Part shown: positions 36,560-48,700 of the stretch, piece by piece
Layout: each line of letters opens with the position of its first letter
Numbering within the stretch: position 1 is the stretch's first letter
Assembly: GCF_001194135.2 (NCBI RefSeq)
Contig: NC_068989.1
Span: 733,550 to 797,549 of the forward strand
DNA: 64,000 nucleotides
Direction: 5' to 3'
Origin: Octopus bimaculoides
Taxonomy: Eukaryota
Notes under the pieces: model-generated
What the model saw: only the letters and a program-made list of their open reading frames with translations
The model's database searches: none
Told to the model about the DNA's origin: nothing
Position numbers and translations under genes: made by a program

Positions 36560-37734
36560 GATAGAAAGAGAGAGTAATAACAAGTGAATGAGAATAGTGA
36601 CGAAGGGTTAAAAAAAGCGTAAAAATAATTGGAGATAAAATGAAACAAAAACGAAGCCAAAACATTAAGAATTATTGAAAGTGGGTAGAAAATAACACTT
36701 CGTAGTGTAAGTAGTACTATACTAGGGTATCTGTAGAAAGTTGAATGGGATTTCAGAATATAACTAGGAAAAATTCGGATCTTGTGAATTTTCCAAAGTC
36801 CTCTCTCCCACCCTTTTTGAAAAGATTTTTCCTACAAGTTTCTTTATAATCGTAATGTATTCCGTTTGAAAAGTATTTCTATAAAATTTCATTGAAAAAA
36901 AACTCCATTTTCCTAAAAGTTACGAGGGAAAAGCTCGGATCTTGTGAATTTTCCGAAGTCCTTTCCCCCAGCTTCCCGTTGCTTCTGGAGCTGTTTTCAC
37001 ATATGATCCATCCCATTCTTATAAAAATGATAACTCTGTCCAAATTGGTGTGCTAAACGCAAATTGTCATTTCTGTAGAGCTTTAAAATTTTCAAATGAA
37101 ACAAATGGCATGTGCTGCTCAGGCGGTCATGTAACATTGCCATTACTACTAGCTCCTTCTCAACCTCTTATGGATCTTCTGGAAGGCACTTCCATCCAGT
37201 CAAAGGATTTTCTGAACAATATCAGACAATACAACTCTGCATTTCAAATGACATCGTTTGGTGCATCTAAGAAGATAGATAAACATGAATTTACGCCGAC
37301 GTCAAAGTTCAAGGGCAAGTCTATCACTTCATTGGTTCCCTGTTACCCACAAATGAACGACCACAGCTCCTCCAAATTTACTTTATGTTTGGTGTAGAAC
37401 AACAAACCCGAAGGAGGTGTCACAATTTTCAGATGATGGGTCGTGTTAGACACAATGCAGACTGCTGCAAAAGAGTCTATCCACTGACAGCTTTTTGGTA
37501 CATTAAAAAAATCACATAACCCCCTACCCCCAATTTTCCATGACAGGTTAGGGCCTGAAATACTCCAAACGGACTCATAGCATGTTACTTAGTCGAATTA
37601 GCCCATCATTTTCTCCATAAATGCTTTGTTGTCAATGCTGCACTTTCCCATATCAATTGTTTCAACATAACTGTAATATAATATATACAAACTATGCCAT
37701 TTTAATCCTGAGCAATGCTGGGTATCTCTGCTAG
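36560..37734 (+). mobile_element. Internally deleted Helitron remnant with Rep-helicase N-terminal fragment and CTAG 3' end
   Basis: 37050-37400 encodes CHFCRALK..E..GMCCSGG..LP...FLNNIRQYNSAFQMTSFGA, then frameshifted QGQVYHFIGSLLP...QIYF; 3' end cctgagcaatgctggg (decayed hairpin) plus CTAG|T at 37731-37735. The left boundary is approximate. Confidence 0.8.
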
Positions 37735-37760
37735 TGTGTGTATATATGTGTGTGTGTGTG

Positions 37761-37793
<33 letters not shown>

Positions 37794-38879
37794 CTGATAA
37801 AGAGGAGAGTTGAGGAATAAGGAAAGGTTTAATGAAGCAAGAGAAGGTAAAGGGATGGAAGGAAAACCGTTCCTTTAAGCCTGTTATCAGTAAAAGGTGC
37901 TGGACTCGTTCCCCAGATGTAAAGGTGCTGCATATGATGATGTGCAACTAAAGTTCTGAATAATATGATATTGTGACTTTGGCCTAGAAGATGGCTGTTA
38001 AAGTAAGGGCAGATGTTGCATTGTCACAAATGCATTTAAAAGTTCCAGGTTGCTGGTGGCTGAATGCTGAGAAGCTTCTTCTGAGGAGCCTTCCGAGGTT
38101 CCTATCTTCTTTTTTAAAGGTGAAGAGGGGTGATGTGGGAAACAGTTGTTCGGTCAGAAAACAGAATTCAGGTGTTGCAGATAAGTTTATCTTGGAATGG
38201 AAGGACAATGGACAGGAGGAAGGTGCAGTATGGTCTGTAATTGTGCATAAAGTGGGATGGAAAGCGGTGGTATGGTTGATCACCTTCAATTTCTCTCATA
38301 CAATTTCTTCTACAACTTCTTATTTACATATGAAGCCCACATGATTCTGCATTCCTTATTAATTGCAGTCTCAGTTTATCTTTGAGGACATAAAACTCTA
38401 CTGTCCTCACTCACTTCATCAGATGTTTGAATGGACTCCTTTTATCAATTCTATTAAATATTACAAGTCTTGTTGATCCAACAGCAACCACTTAGATCAT
38501 ATATACTCTATACAAGTGTATATAATATTATATATTACAGGGGCAACATAGTAGAGAGGTTGATAAGTTTGTTTCACAAGCACAAAGTCTTGGCTGAATA
38601 TCATTTTCTGTAGACTTGACCCAGAGCTTGTGACTGAAAAAAATACAACTTTGTCACACCTATTCTGGCTGAGAATTACATTAAGGGTTCATATGTCCAG
38701 GGAATACTGTCAATCACTTACACAGTAAGTCAGTCGATCAAATAACTGAAACCTCATCAGACATCCATCAGCTAGGTGATATAATCAATAGACAGGATGC
38801 AGTGAATAAACTGTCATCGAATTTATGCAAAAAGGAAAATAACACTGACATCTCATTTTAACAGATATATTTACCAAAA

Positions 38880-39604
38880 TTACATAAAGATTTCTTGATA
38901 TACAACCACTGCCGCCAGATGACTTTGGCATCTCCTGCAACTCTTCTGGATGTTCTTGTTGAAGTTGGTCAATGCTGCCATAATCCTTGCCTTCAGTTCA
39001 TCTTTGGTGTTACAAGGAGTTTTGTTGGTCTGCACCCACACATAATAATCAAGGGGGTTGCAGTGTGAGAAATTAGGTGACCAGATGTTAGGGGTGATGT
39101 GGTCACAGAAATGGTCTGACAGCCATGACTCGGTTCTCCTGCTTGTGTGGCATGGTGCAGAGTCCTGTTGCCAGGCATAGGGTCTAACAGCAGCCACCCC
39201 CTTGACCCAGGGCAGCACCACCTCCTCCAGGCACTTGATGTAGGCCTCTGTGTTGAGTCTGAGGCTGTGTGGGAAGATGAATGGAAGCATAGCATCGCCA
39301 TCACTAATGATCACTCCAAACACCATGATGTTGACTGGATGTTTGATTTTTATCACTCTTGGGACACATTTTGGGGACAGGGCAAGCCAACGGTTGTTCT
39401 ATCAGAGCTTCCAGTGCAGATGCCAAGCAGTACAGCATGTTGTTTCCAAATTTCTGGTTGAGTGAGTTGCATCATGGTGCTGTTTTTCTCACAGACAGTG
39501 CCCAACTGACCCTACCATACTATGTAGTCAACGAAATAAAAAACAATGTACATGCACGAAATTAAGAATATAAAATTGTGACAATTTACCCATCACACCG
39601 TGTA
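38880..39604 (-). mobile_element. Tc1/mariner DD37D (maT-type) transposon remnant
   Basis: MVFGVI.SDG...WQQDSAPCH...NPLDYYVW with 37 residues counted between the second and third Asp; mariner-like end tacacggtgtgatgggtaaattgtcac at about 39577-39603. Confidence 0.85.
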
Positions 39605-40585
39605 TATGTGGGTGTATACGTGTATATATAGCTTGTATTTTGCTTGAAGGGGCCTTGTGTCAGGCCCTGCATCTGATGGTTGGACGTGTTTGGGGGAAGA
39701 TCTGCAGAGGCTCAACGTTACCTTGGAGGATGCATGGGACCACCAGCGATAGAGAGCACTGGTGGACCTGGTTGGCTCTACACATGATGATGTCTCTGCG
39801 GCCACTAAACTGGGATGATCCCAGCCCCATCAAGCATGAGGATGAAGCAGAGTGAGCAACATTTACATGTTTGCTGACCCTATTATAAGGGGACGACGTA
39901 CAACGACATTTTTGGGCATACCTACACAAGTGGGTAAATTTTCAGATTAACACTCGCACGATTTTCACTCGGGTGTTAGGGCTAGGGAATTCCTAACAAG
40001 TCTGCCTTGCCCGACTTCCTTTCCTTATAGCTTCTAGAAAAATGGATATTTTTTAATGAAATTTTCAACTAATACTCTTCAGATGGTGTAGATTGTATCA
40101 GAATCTACACCATCTGAAGCATATTTGTATAAAAATTTCATTACAAAATATACATTTTGTCTGGAAATTACGAGAAACAAAGCCGTGGGGGGAGGGGGGC
40201 ACACTTGTGTAGAGATGCAATTTTTTTTAAACCTTTTATTGCAAATTCTATCACAAAACGGTAAGATATCTACACCAAAGCAGAGTATGACATTTCGAGA
40301 TCCTAAATTCTATTTGATTTTCATAAGAGAAAGTCATTTTTAGGTTTTGTCCATCGTCATCTCCAACCGAAAGTTTTGACGTTGACGGGAATTAATATTC
40401 CAATGGACAGGAAAATAGGATAAAAGTAAATGTAGCATGAAATTTCGAAAATCTTATTGAAAATATTTTCAACAATTCAGTATCGTATTTTTATATTCTA
40501 AACGTAAAAACTCTTCTTTTTTTTTTTCGACCGTATTTAAAAGAAATACGAAACTAAGACTAAGAAAAGACGCATTGGTTTAAAG

Positions 40586-41818
40586 ATGGCTCCGAATACT
40601 TCGAGGAAGTTAAACGATGCTGAGAAGGAAATCATTGACAAAATCCCTTCAGCTTCCATTGAAGAAATTAAACAGTTATTGAGTGAACCAGAAGTCCGTA
40701 TCGACTGCCTGGATGAGCAAGGAACTACACCATTACAACATGCTGCATTCAAAGGACGAAGCGACTTGTGTGAGTTGTTCTTACAACACGGCGCCGATGT
40801 CAACTCCAATCAACACATCGATGGTTACACCGCCCTCATGTTTGCTGCCCTTTCCGGTAAACCTGCTCTTGTTCGAAAGATGTTATGTGCCGGGGCAAAG
40901 ACCGACCCCGTGAACCGTGTCAATCGAACAGCCGCTCAAATGGCAGCCTTTGTTGGCTACCACAAATGTGTTTCAACCATAAATAATTTCATTAGCTTCG
41001 ATGAAGTGGAATATTACGCCAAACCACAAGGCCTGGAGAAAGAAGCGAAACTTCCCAAACAATTGGTCGCACCACTGGTAGAACTGCTTAACAACTCTTA
41101 TCTTCACCCGTTAAAGGTTTCTTATTTCTTAGAGGCTAATCCAAGTCTTCTGGAAAATTCGCATAAGGTACAAAACGTTTTAGATATTATGTGCGAAAAA
41201 AGTATGAAAAGTGCTGAGACAAATGATGTGATGGCTATCAAAGTAAATTATTACTCCTTTATGATTCGAAACATCGCCAAATCGTACAATGAAAAAGAAA
41301 AATCGCTAAGTAGTTGGATTAAGAGTTTAGTGAAAGGCAGAGAGAGCGATGGCTTTGCCGAGAAACCCGAAAAGCTTATACGTCAGTCCATGAAAGAATT
41401 TATCTACGTTGAGTCGGATCTTTTTTTGCAATTTATTCGAACTGTGTCTCCTGTAGCCATCGGAGATTATCCCACGGCTATTTCAGTGCTCACTAACTGT
41501 GTCCATGGACAACAGTTTAAAAACGACAATGTCAGTTGTGAAGCTTGTGGAGAAATCGACTTTACAAAGAAATGCTCTGCTTGTAAAATGGTTTACTATT
41601 GTAGCCAACGGTGTCAGAAGCTGCGCTACACTACACACAAGAAGTTCTGTGCTCAGCTTCGAAAGCAATTTGAAGAGCTTGAAAAGAAGAACAAAGATGC
41701 GGAAGATAAAGAGGAATTCTCTGAAGAGAAAAATGGAGAGCAACAGGTAGAAGTGAAGGAAGATAACGGTAAATTAGAAGAGGCTGTGGAGAAAATCGAA
41801 ATTAAATCTGAGGTATAG
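40586..41818 (+). CDS. ANKMY2: Ankyrin repeat and MYND domain-containing protein 2, single-exon ORF, 410 aa
   Basis: Three ankyrin repeats (TTPLQHAAFKG, YTALMFAALSG, RTAAQMAAFVG), central helical region, MYND finger CEAC..CSACKMVYYCSQRCQ...HKKFC, acidic tail; aagATGg start context; candidate AATAAA at 42417-42422. Confidence 0.93.
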   Translation: MAPNTSRKLNDAEKEIIDKIPSASIEEIKQLLSEPEVRIDCLDEQGTTPLQHAAFKGRSDLCELFLQHGADVNSNQHIDGYTALMFAALSGKPALVRKMLCAGAKTDPVNRVNRTAAQMAAFVGYHKCVSTINNFISFDEVEYYAKPQGLEKEAKLPKQLVAPLVELLNNSYLHPLKVSYFLEANPSLLENSHKVQNVLDIMCEKSMKSAETNDVMAIKVNYYSFMIRNIAKSYNEKEKSLSSWIKSLVKGRESDGFAEKPEKLIRQSMKEFIYVESDLFLQFIRTVSPVAIGDYPTAISVLTNCVHGQQFKNDNVSCEACGEIDFTKKCSACKMVYYCSQRCQKLRYTTHKKFCAQLRKQFEELEKKNKDAEDKEEFSEEKNGEQQVEVKEDNGKLEEAVEKIEIKSEV

Positions 41819-42651
41819 TGTGCTTGAGACTTACTGTTTCCTGGTGTTTTAAATGAATGACTGAGGTTTCTTGGCAATTCATTCAAACAATTATAAGATT
41901 GAACTATATATTTCAAATGTAATTAACACCTTTACTTTATAAACTATTTTCTGACTAGTTAAGGACGAAACATTTTAGTTCTATTATGAAGTGAAAAAAA
42001 AAAAAAGTTTTCTATTTCTGTTGCTTTTATTTAGTTCGGAAAAGCCAAAATTATTTGACTGTCAAAAAGGATTCTAGAGTAAAATTCTGTGTAAGGTAGG
42101 GCGAAGAAAATGAATTTTAGCTTAGACTGATTGAAATAAAATGAGAATGTTTTACTGAAAGACTTAACATTTATCAACAAAAAAAAACCAAAAGGAGAAA
42201 CGAACGAATATTTTGTTGGTTTCTTTTGCATGTGAAAAATTATCGAATTTTCTCGGCGGTTTTTTTTCTCACATCAGGGGAGATAACGCCTTTCCTATAA
42301 ACCAGGACTGTTCTCGCCCCTGCAGTGTGAAACCGCTTTCTATTCCCTATCATTCATAAAGCATTTTTGTTCATCAGTCATTATTTCCTTATTGTAAAGT
42401 TGTAGAAATATTATTGAATAAAGTTCCTCTCCCTCATTATTTTCTCTTATTTTTCATCTGATTTGCTTGAGAAGTGTATTAACGTTTTTACAGTTGCCAC
42501 CGTGAGGTTATTCTCTTCACACAAGGAGTCCAAGCGTCACTAGAGTTTGGAATTTACCGCCGAAAAAAAAGTGAAACTAAACTGTTCTTAGAAAATGAGA
42601 GTATATTGCGATAGAAACAGAAAGTCTCGTAATTCCATATAATATATATAG

Positions 42652-42812
42652 GGCTATCTTTCGATCTGATGTGAGGAAATGTCAAGTGAAAAGCACATGG
42701 GTTTTGTTTACATCTAATCAGCTAACCCTAACCCTAACCGGCCGATTAGATGTAAACAAAACCCCATGTGCTTTTCACTTGACATTTCCTCACATCAAAT
42801 CGAAAGATAGCC
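42652..42812. repeat. Near-perfect inverted repeat (68/69-bp arms) with a (CCCTAA)-type loop
   Basis: Arms 42652-42719 and 42744-42812 pair with one mismatch and one bulge; loop agctaaccctaaccctaaccggcc. Confidence 0.9.
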
Positions 42813-42929
42813 AAGACCTTCTGGATAACCCCGATGGCTCCAGAACATAATTACTATATGATGTACCACTATATCCAATTCATATATATATAGTGGTTGA
42901 ACAAAACAATGGAAACACCAAGCATCATG

Positions 42930-43800
42930 TGAACAAAAGCCAGGTATAGAGGTTTATTTTTGGCTAGATATTTCTCCTGCAGTTGTTTAACCAGGAATAT
43001 AATAGTACCAGTCGTGCTCCTTCCTGGTGCAAATCCAAACTGCATCTCATCTACTACACTAACTCTCTCCCTAATTAATTGACCCTTTCTCTGACTTTCA
43101 TCACCTGGCCCACCAATTTGATGCCCTCTGTAATTATTCCTGTCTAAGGCATTACCTTTACCTTTGCAGCAGCTGACTATAATACTGCTACACCAATCAT
43201 TGAGTGTGACTCCCTTGTGGACAACGGATGACTAGACTATATACTACTCCCTCAGATATTTTAAGCACCTCAGTAGTGATTCCCTGTCTTCATGTCCTTA
43301 ATTGCTTTATCTACCAAGCTATTATTGATTTGGATAGCTGGTCTCTCAGTTGGGTCTACATTAGGCAGACTCTCGCACTCATTTTCCACATTTAGGAGCC
43401 TTTCATATTGGCACCTCCAAGCCTCTTTCTTTTCTGAATCATTAAATGCAAGTGCACCATCATCCATGTGGACACATTTCTCTCTTATGACATTACGATT
43501 TTCTTGTACACACTATCTTACCACCTGAAATATTTCAAGTCTCTGGTCCTCACAGAACATAGGCAAACTTCTTTTCTGTTTCTCCTCTGGCTTGATATAC
43601 CTGCCTCTTAGCTTCCTTTCTGGCTGAGACAGTTTGCTGCTACCCCCACACTTCCAATCCTGTTTCTTTGCTCTAAGGGCCTTGTCTACAGTATCATTCC
43701 ACCACCATGTCACACAAGGTCTGGCTAGGGCTTTGCACCAGACACAGATTTGGTCTGTGGCACTTAGCAAGCTGTCCTGCAGGAATCCCCAGTTGCCCAC
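42930..43800 (-). mobile_element. RTE-clade LINE ORF fragment, degenerate
   Basis: RPCVTWWWNDTVDKALRAKKQ.WK, DGALAFNDSEKKEAWRCQYERLLNVENE, and the MQFGF.PGRSTT segment also seen at 11960. Confidence 0.8.
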
Positions 43801-45601
43801 TAATGTTATTAAGTAATCCAGTCTCTGTTTGGTACATGCAGTCATGTAGATGAGATTGGTGGTGGGAGGAGCTATGAGAGTCTCCTGGTAGAGGAGAGGC
43901 TTTTCATACGAGTGTTGGTGCGGAGGTGGAGCCATGGAGAGGGTTCTGGTGTAGGTGGTAGGGGTGGGTCTAGGTGGGCACATCATGGATAAGTAAAAAG
44001 GTCAACTTCACTAAAGGAAATAGCAGCCAAGACGGAAAGACATACGAAGGGTAGAGAGAGAAAAATTTGAAAAGCTTAATTGCCAGAGAAATCATAGCAA
44101 AAGACATGGGTTTTGAAACAGGGAGAGAATATTGTGAAAATGAAAGCAAGCAGGTGTTGAGAATTATGAATTTTGAAAATTAGGTTAAATCAGATTACAG
44201 ACAGGTTAGTATTACGAAGCAGATGAAAAATGAAATGACAAGAGTTGTTTGTTAAAAACAAAAATAGTTACTCTTTGTACTTTGGTTGGAAATGAATAAA
44301 TGGCTGTTAACATTGGACTGGAGTTTTGTGTAAGGATCAGGCAGAGTTATTTCTTTTAGCATGGCTAAACTATCAATTCAGAATTTTTGCATTGTTGCGG
44401 ACAGAATATAGTAAATACATCTGAAATATGGTATTTGAGTGTAAAACGAAATCAGGCTTTAAACAGGATAAATTAACCTCTCCTGCAGGGAACCTAAATG
44501 TAAACTAGCTGTGATACTTTTATCAACTTGGGGTGGGGAATCATTCCTGGATCATAACTCAGCAAGTTCACAATGTTTATCAGCCGAGTTGATATTGCTT
44601 GCCGTGTATGCACCAGTATTTATATATCTTATCTTATAATAAGCCGTTTACAGTTGGCAGGTAACTGAAATATGACAATAGAACAATGCAGCAGTGAATA
44701 GAAAGGTGTACCATACCTGCTGTTGTAATATTTCTTAACTTGGAGTAACACGAAATGGGGTCATTCAATATATAATGTGTGTGTGTATGCACATACTTAC
44801 ATATACAGTGATAGACGGAATGTAGGTGTGTATGTGTAATACATATATGGTGCAAAATTGTACAGAAGGCAGAGACAGGTGAGGGAACAACAAGTTTTGA
44901 TATTCAGAGTTTTATGCTAAAAAGCAGCGCGGAGTACCTGAAGTTTGAACTTGAGTCAAGTCTAACAAACTCCTCCGAATTGTTGTTAGAGTATCTGCAG
45001 GAGTGGAGTGAAGCCGAGCTGGTTTTGTATTGGCATTGAGTCACATTAGTTGTAATACTGAAGTCAAACCAAACAAACAGTGATACTTTGAAACCATTCT
45101 ATCTTAGTGTAGCAGGGATTTGAAACCCTCACCGATAATCATTCAGACACCACCATTGAACCACCATAGTTTCATGTGATTGGATTGATAATTGACCCTT
45201 GAGTGTGAGGCTGTGGCATGATTGTCTCAAAAGTTCTAGAATTTGGTTTCAAGTCTCCTATAAAAACCACTTGGTGCACAGTTTGGACCGAAGATTATCA
45301 AAGACATCCGTTGCCATGGAGATTTGAACAGTACATCTTTTTTTTTAAAGCTTGGTACTTATTCTATTAGTCACTTTTGGTGAACTGCTAAGTTATAGAG
45401 ATATAAACAAGCCAACAGCAGGTGTCAAGAGGTGGCAGGAATACAAACAGTCACAATGGGCTTTCAGTTTCTGTCTACTAAATTGACTCACAAGGATTTG
45501 ATTGGCTTGAGGCTATAGTAGAAGATACTAGCCCAGGGTGCCATGCTTCATATCAGCTGAGGTGACATAGCATTAACATTTCCCCAGAATGCTACAAAAA
45601 A

Positions 45602-45760
45602 TTATAGTTTTAAAAATGTTCTAATAGTTTTTTCCCGTTTTGTTTTACAAATTTTTGGGAAGGGAGATATTAGTTCTGATTCGGGAAGACGTTTTTTCAA
45701 GTCATCACGATGAACATTGAGGTATTCTCGGAAGAAGGCCACTGTACTGTTCCATCCTTG
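45602..45760 (-). CDS. Patatin gene terminal exon (QGWNSTVAFF...FLKL*)
   Basis: cag acceptor, TAA stop. Confidence 0.85.
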   Translation of the reverse strand, partial: QGWNSTVAFFREYLNVHRDDLKKRLPESELISPFPKICKTKREKTIRTFLKL

Positions 45761-48700
45761 CTGCAAGACACAGAATAAACCAATATTAGATTCTTCAAAG
45801 AATTCAAAGACATAAAAGAATTGATACAGATGAATAGAAGTCTGTACATACATGCCAGAATTGATAAAATGGAAAATATACTCCTCATTAAATACACTGC
45901 TTATACATCTGTGAGGATTTGGATGTGGGACAGACCAATAGGCTGATCAGCATTAAAAACAAAAATGTCTTGCAATTAACAGACCAGTGGTTCTTAAACT
46001 GGACCAGAATACCCCAGAGGCACATGCTGGATAACACAGCAGACATAATAAGTTTCTGGTTGATTAACCCTTTTGTTACTGTATTTATTTTGAGATGCTC
46101 TGTGTTTCTTTCAATTACTTTAAATATAACAAAGAATTTAGTAAAATAACTTAGTTATCATTCAGCTAGTGTTAGGAACATAAATTGTGACTAAGTTTTG
46201 GTGGAAGATTTTAATTCAAAACTTATGAAAATGACATTTGTATTCAGAGCCAGAGCCGGTTTCAGCCGGGTTGGTAACGAAAGGGTTAAAATAAGCCTTT
46301 TTTTTTTTTTCTCTCTCTTATTGCAAAACACGAAGAGAGAGCTTTCATAAAACCTCAAGTAATGAAGTGGTGTGGAGGGATTTAGCTAGAAACAGTGGTA
46401 GACTTAGTGTTTCCCATTTGTTCCTTTTATTACTATTGTGATAGATTTGGCTCATTTAAGGTTGGAAACAGCATTCCAGTCTTTTTCCAAATTCTCTTGA
46501 TACACTTTCTTATACAACTTTGTCAACAGAGACAACAGAAGTTCTGTTACCTTAATCAGGAAGTTTTTGTCGTCATGTTCCAAACAGAAATCTGTGGTGT
46601 CAACATAACCTGTGTTTATACCAACTGTACGATGTTTATCTTCTTCCTAGAAGAGTACCAGAAAATATAACAATGAGCTGTAGTAGTAGTAGTAGTAGAG
46701 ATATTAATGATTGCACAAATTTTTGACATCCTCAAAGCTGCATCTAGGAAAACAGCCACTTATGTTTTCATTGCTGGTGACTTCAATTACTCTGAGATTG
46801 ATTGAGGAACCTTCTGTTGGCCACAAAATGCAAATGATTTCCTTGATTCAGTGCTGGATCCAAGCAGGACCCAAGTAGTCACCTCCCCCACAAGATGTAA
46901 CAACACTTTAGACCTGCTCTTTACCACTATTCCTGAAACGGTTAACAGTGTCACTACTGGGGGAACCTTTGGGCTACTCCGATCATGCTATGATCATTGC
47001 CTTTCTGTCTCTTATGGGCAGAAACAAGAACCACTACTACCTCCAAACTGTTCACTTTGACTGGAAAAATGCCGATTGGAATTCTTACTGAACTCGGTTA
47101 CAATGCCTAAACTGGCTGGAATTTTGCAATTCTGCACTTCAGAACATCCTAAACTCAATCTGGGCTACATCTGAAGCATCAGTACCATACAAATGCTTTA
47201 AAACTCCCAAAAGTGCAATTTGGGAGGCTACAGCAGTTCCACTTGTCGGGAAAGATTCTCGTGATGATGAACAGGAATAGAGACTACATAGAACAGAGAA
47301 GAATAGAAGGCACATCTTCCAACCATCTCAAGCAAATGACAAAAAAAGGCAGTGCTTGAATTTTAACAATTTATAGCAACCATCCACGACAGCAAAGTGT
47401 TCTGGAAAGATGGACATTTGAAGTAGGGACCTCACTCTCCAGTCGGCCTTCCTCGCAATCCCCACACAGGTCGGATTACGGATGATCACAAAGAATGTGC
47501 AGAACTTATTGCAGAATGTTCCCTGTGAATCCATATTTAAAATGGATTGTACAGTCTTTAATAACATTGTTGTCGTTAATGGTAGAGTCTTTAAAAACAT
47601 CTCTCCATGAAATATTGAAGACAAAACAGGGTTAAAATTCAGTGACCAGCTGCGTATTTTTCATATTTCCAGTAACTTTACATAATGTTTCCATTCCTAC
47701 TGGAAATCTAAAAACACAGCAAACTTAGAAGAGCTCAGAGAAATGAGCAAATATTGGTTTTGTGGAATCAGTTAAGACATTATTATCAGGAATATGATGC
47801 AAGCAATAGAAAAGAGAGTCTGAAAGTAGTAATTCTAACCAGCAAAACACAAAAGAAAATCTTGCATTCATCATGTTCCTGATACTTATCTTGTGGAAAG
47901 TGGTGAGCATTCCAGGCAATATGCTTAGTGGCATTTCATCTGATGTTATGTTCTGAGTTGAAATTCCACTGGGGTCAACTTTGCTTTCCATCCTTTCAGG
48001 GTTGATAAAGTGAGTACCAGTTGGGCATTGGAGTTGATGGAATCAATAAAAATGGGACGTAGGATAACGAAGGTAACAGGGACGATAACGAGAGACAAAA
48101 CAATGACTCTTCCTTCAACATCCATCACAACATTATCTTCATTAGAGATTATCACCACTTGACTCATCAAGGACAAGATGAAAACTAGCTCTGATGGCAG
48201 TGACTATGAATATAGTGATGATAAATTCTGAATTATATAAAACATCAATACCACAATGGTGGTGGTGAAGGTAGTCATATAAAGGATTGTGGGAACATTA
48301 GTAATAATAAAATTTAACATATATAAAACTAATATCAATACCACTATGTACGCTCGTTTAGTATTCGTCAACATGGTCTCCATTAATGCTGAAAGGTATG
48401 ATTGTAAACTATTGACTTGTCTGCCAAAGTATCCAAGAAAGCGAGACTGGACGTTAATTCCTTTTGTTTCAAGAATTTGAATCAATTCTTCATATTCAAT
48501 CTACAAAAAGAAAAGGATTTCTCAGATTCTTACAGAAGATTTTAAAATTTGTTAGCAATTAAGATCTTTAATTTATGCAAGAGAAACATATTCCTACACA
48601 CACATACAAATAATTAGAAAAGAAATTCCAAGTGTGAAAGCAAAACCTGGAATCAAAGGGCTTTAAAGTTTAACCTAGTAAAATATGGCGTAAGCATTTT

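Noticed and set aside
35772-36560. Long ORFs in the track (also 55213-56016)
   Set aside because: They run through N gaps and microsatellites. Patatin exon phases match across the 55266-55920 gap, so no missing exon is required.
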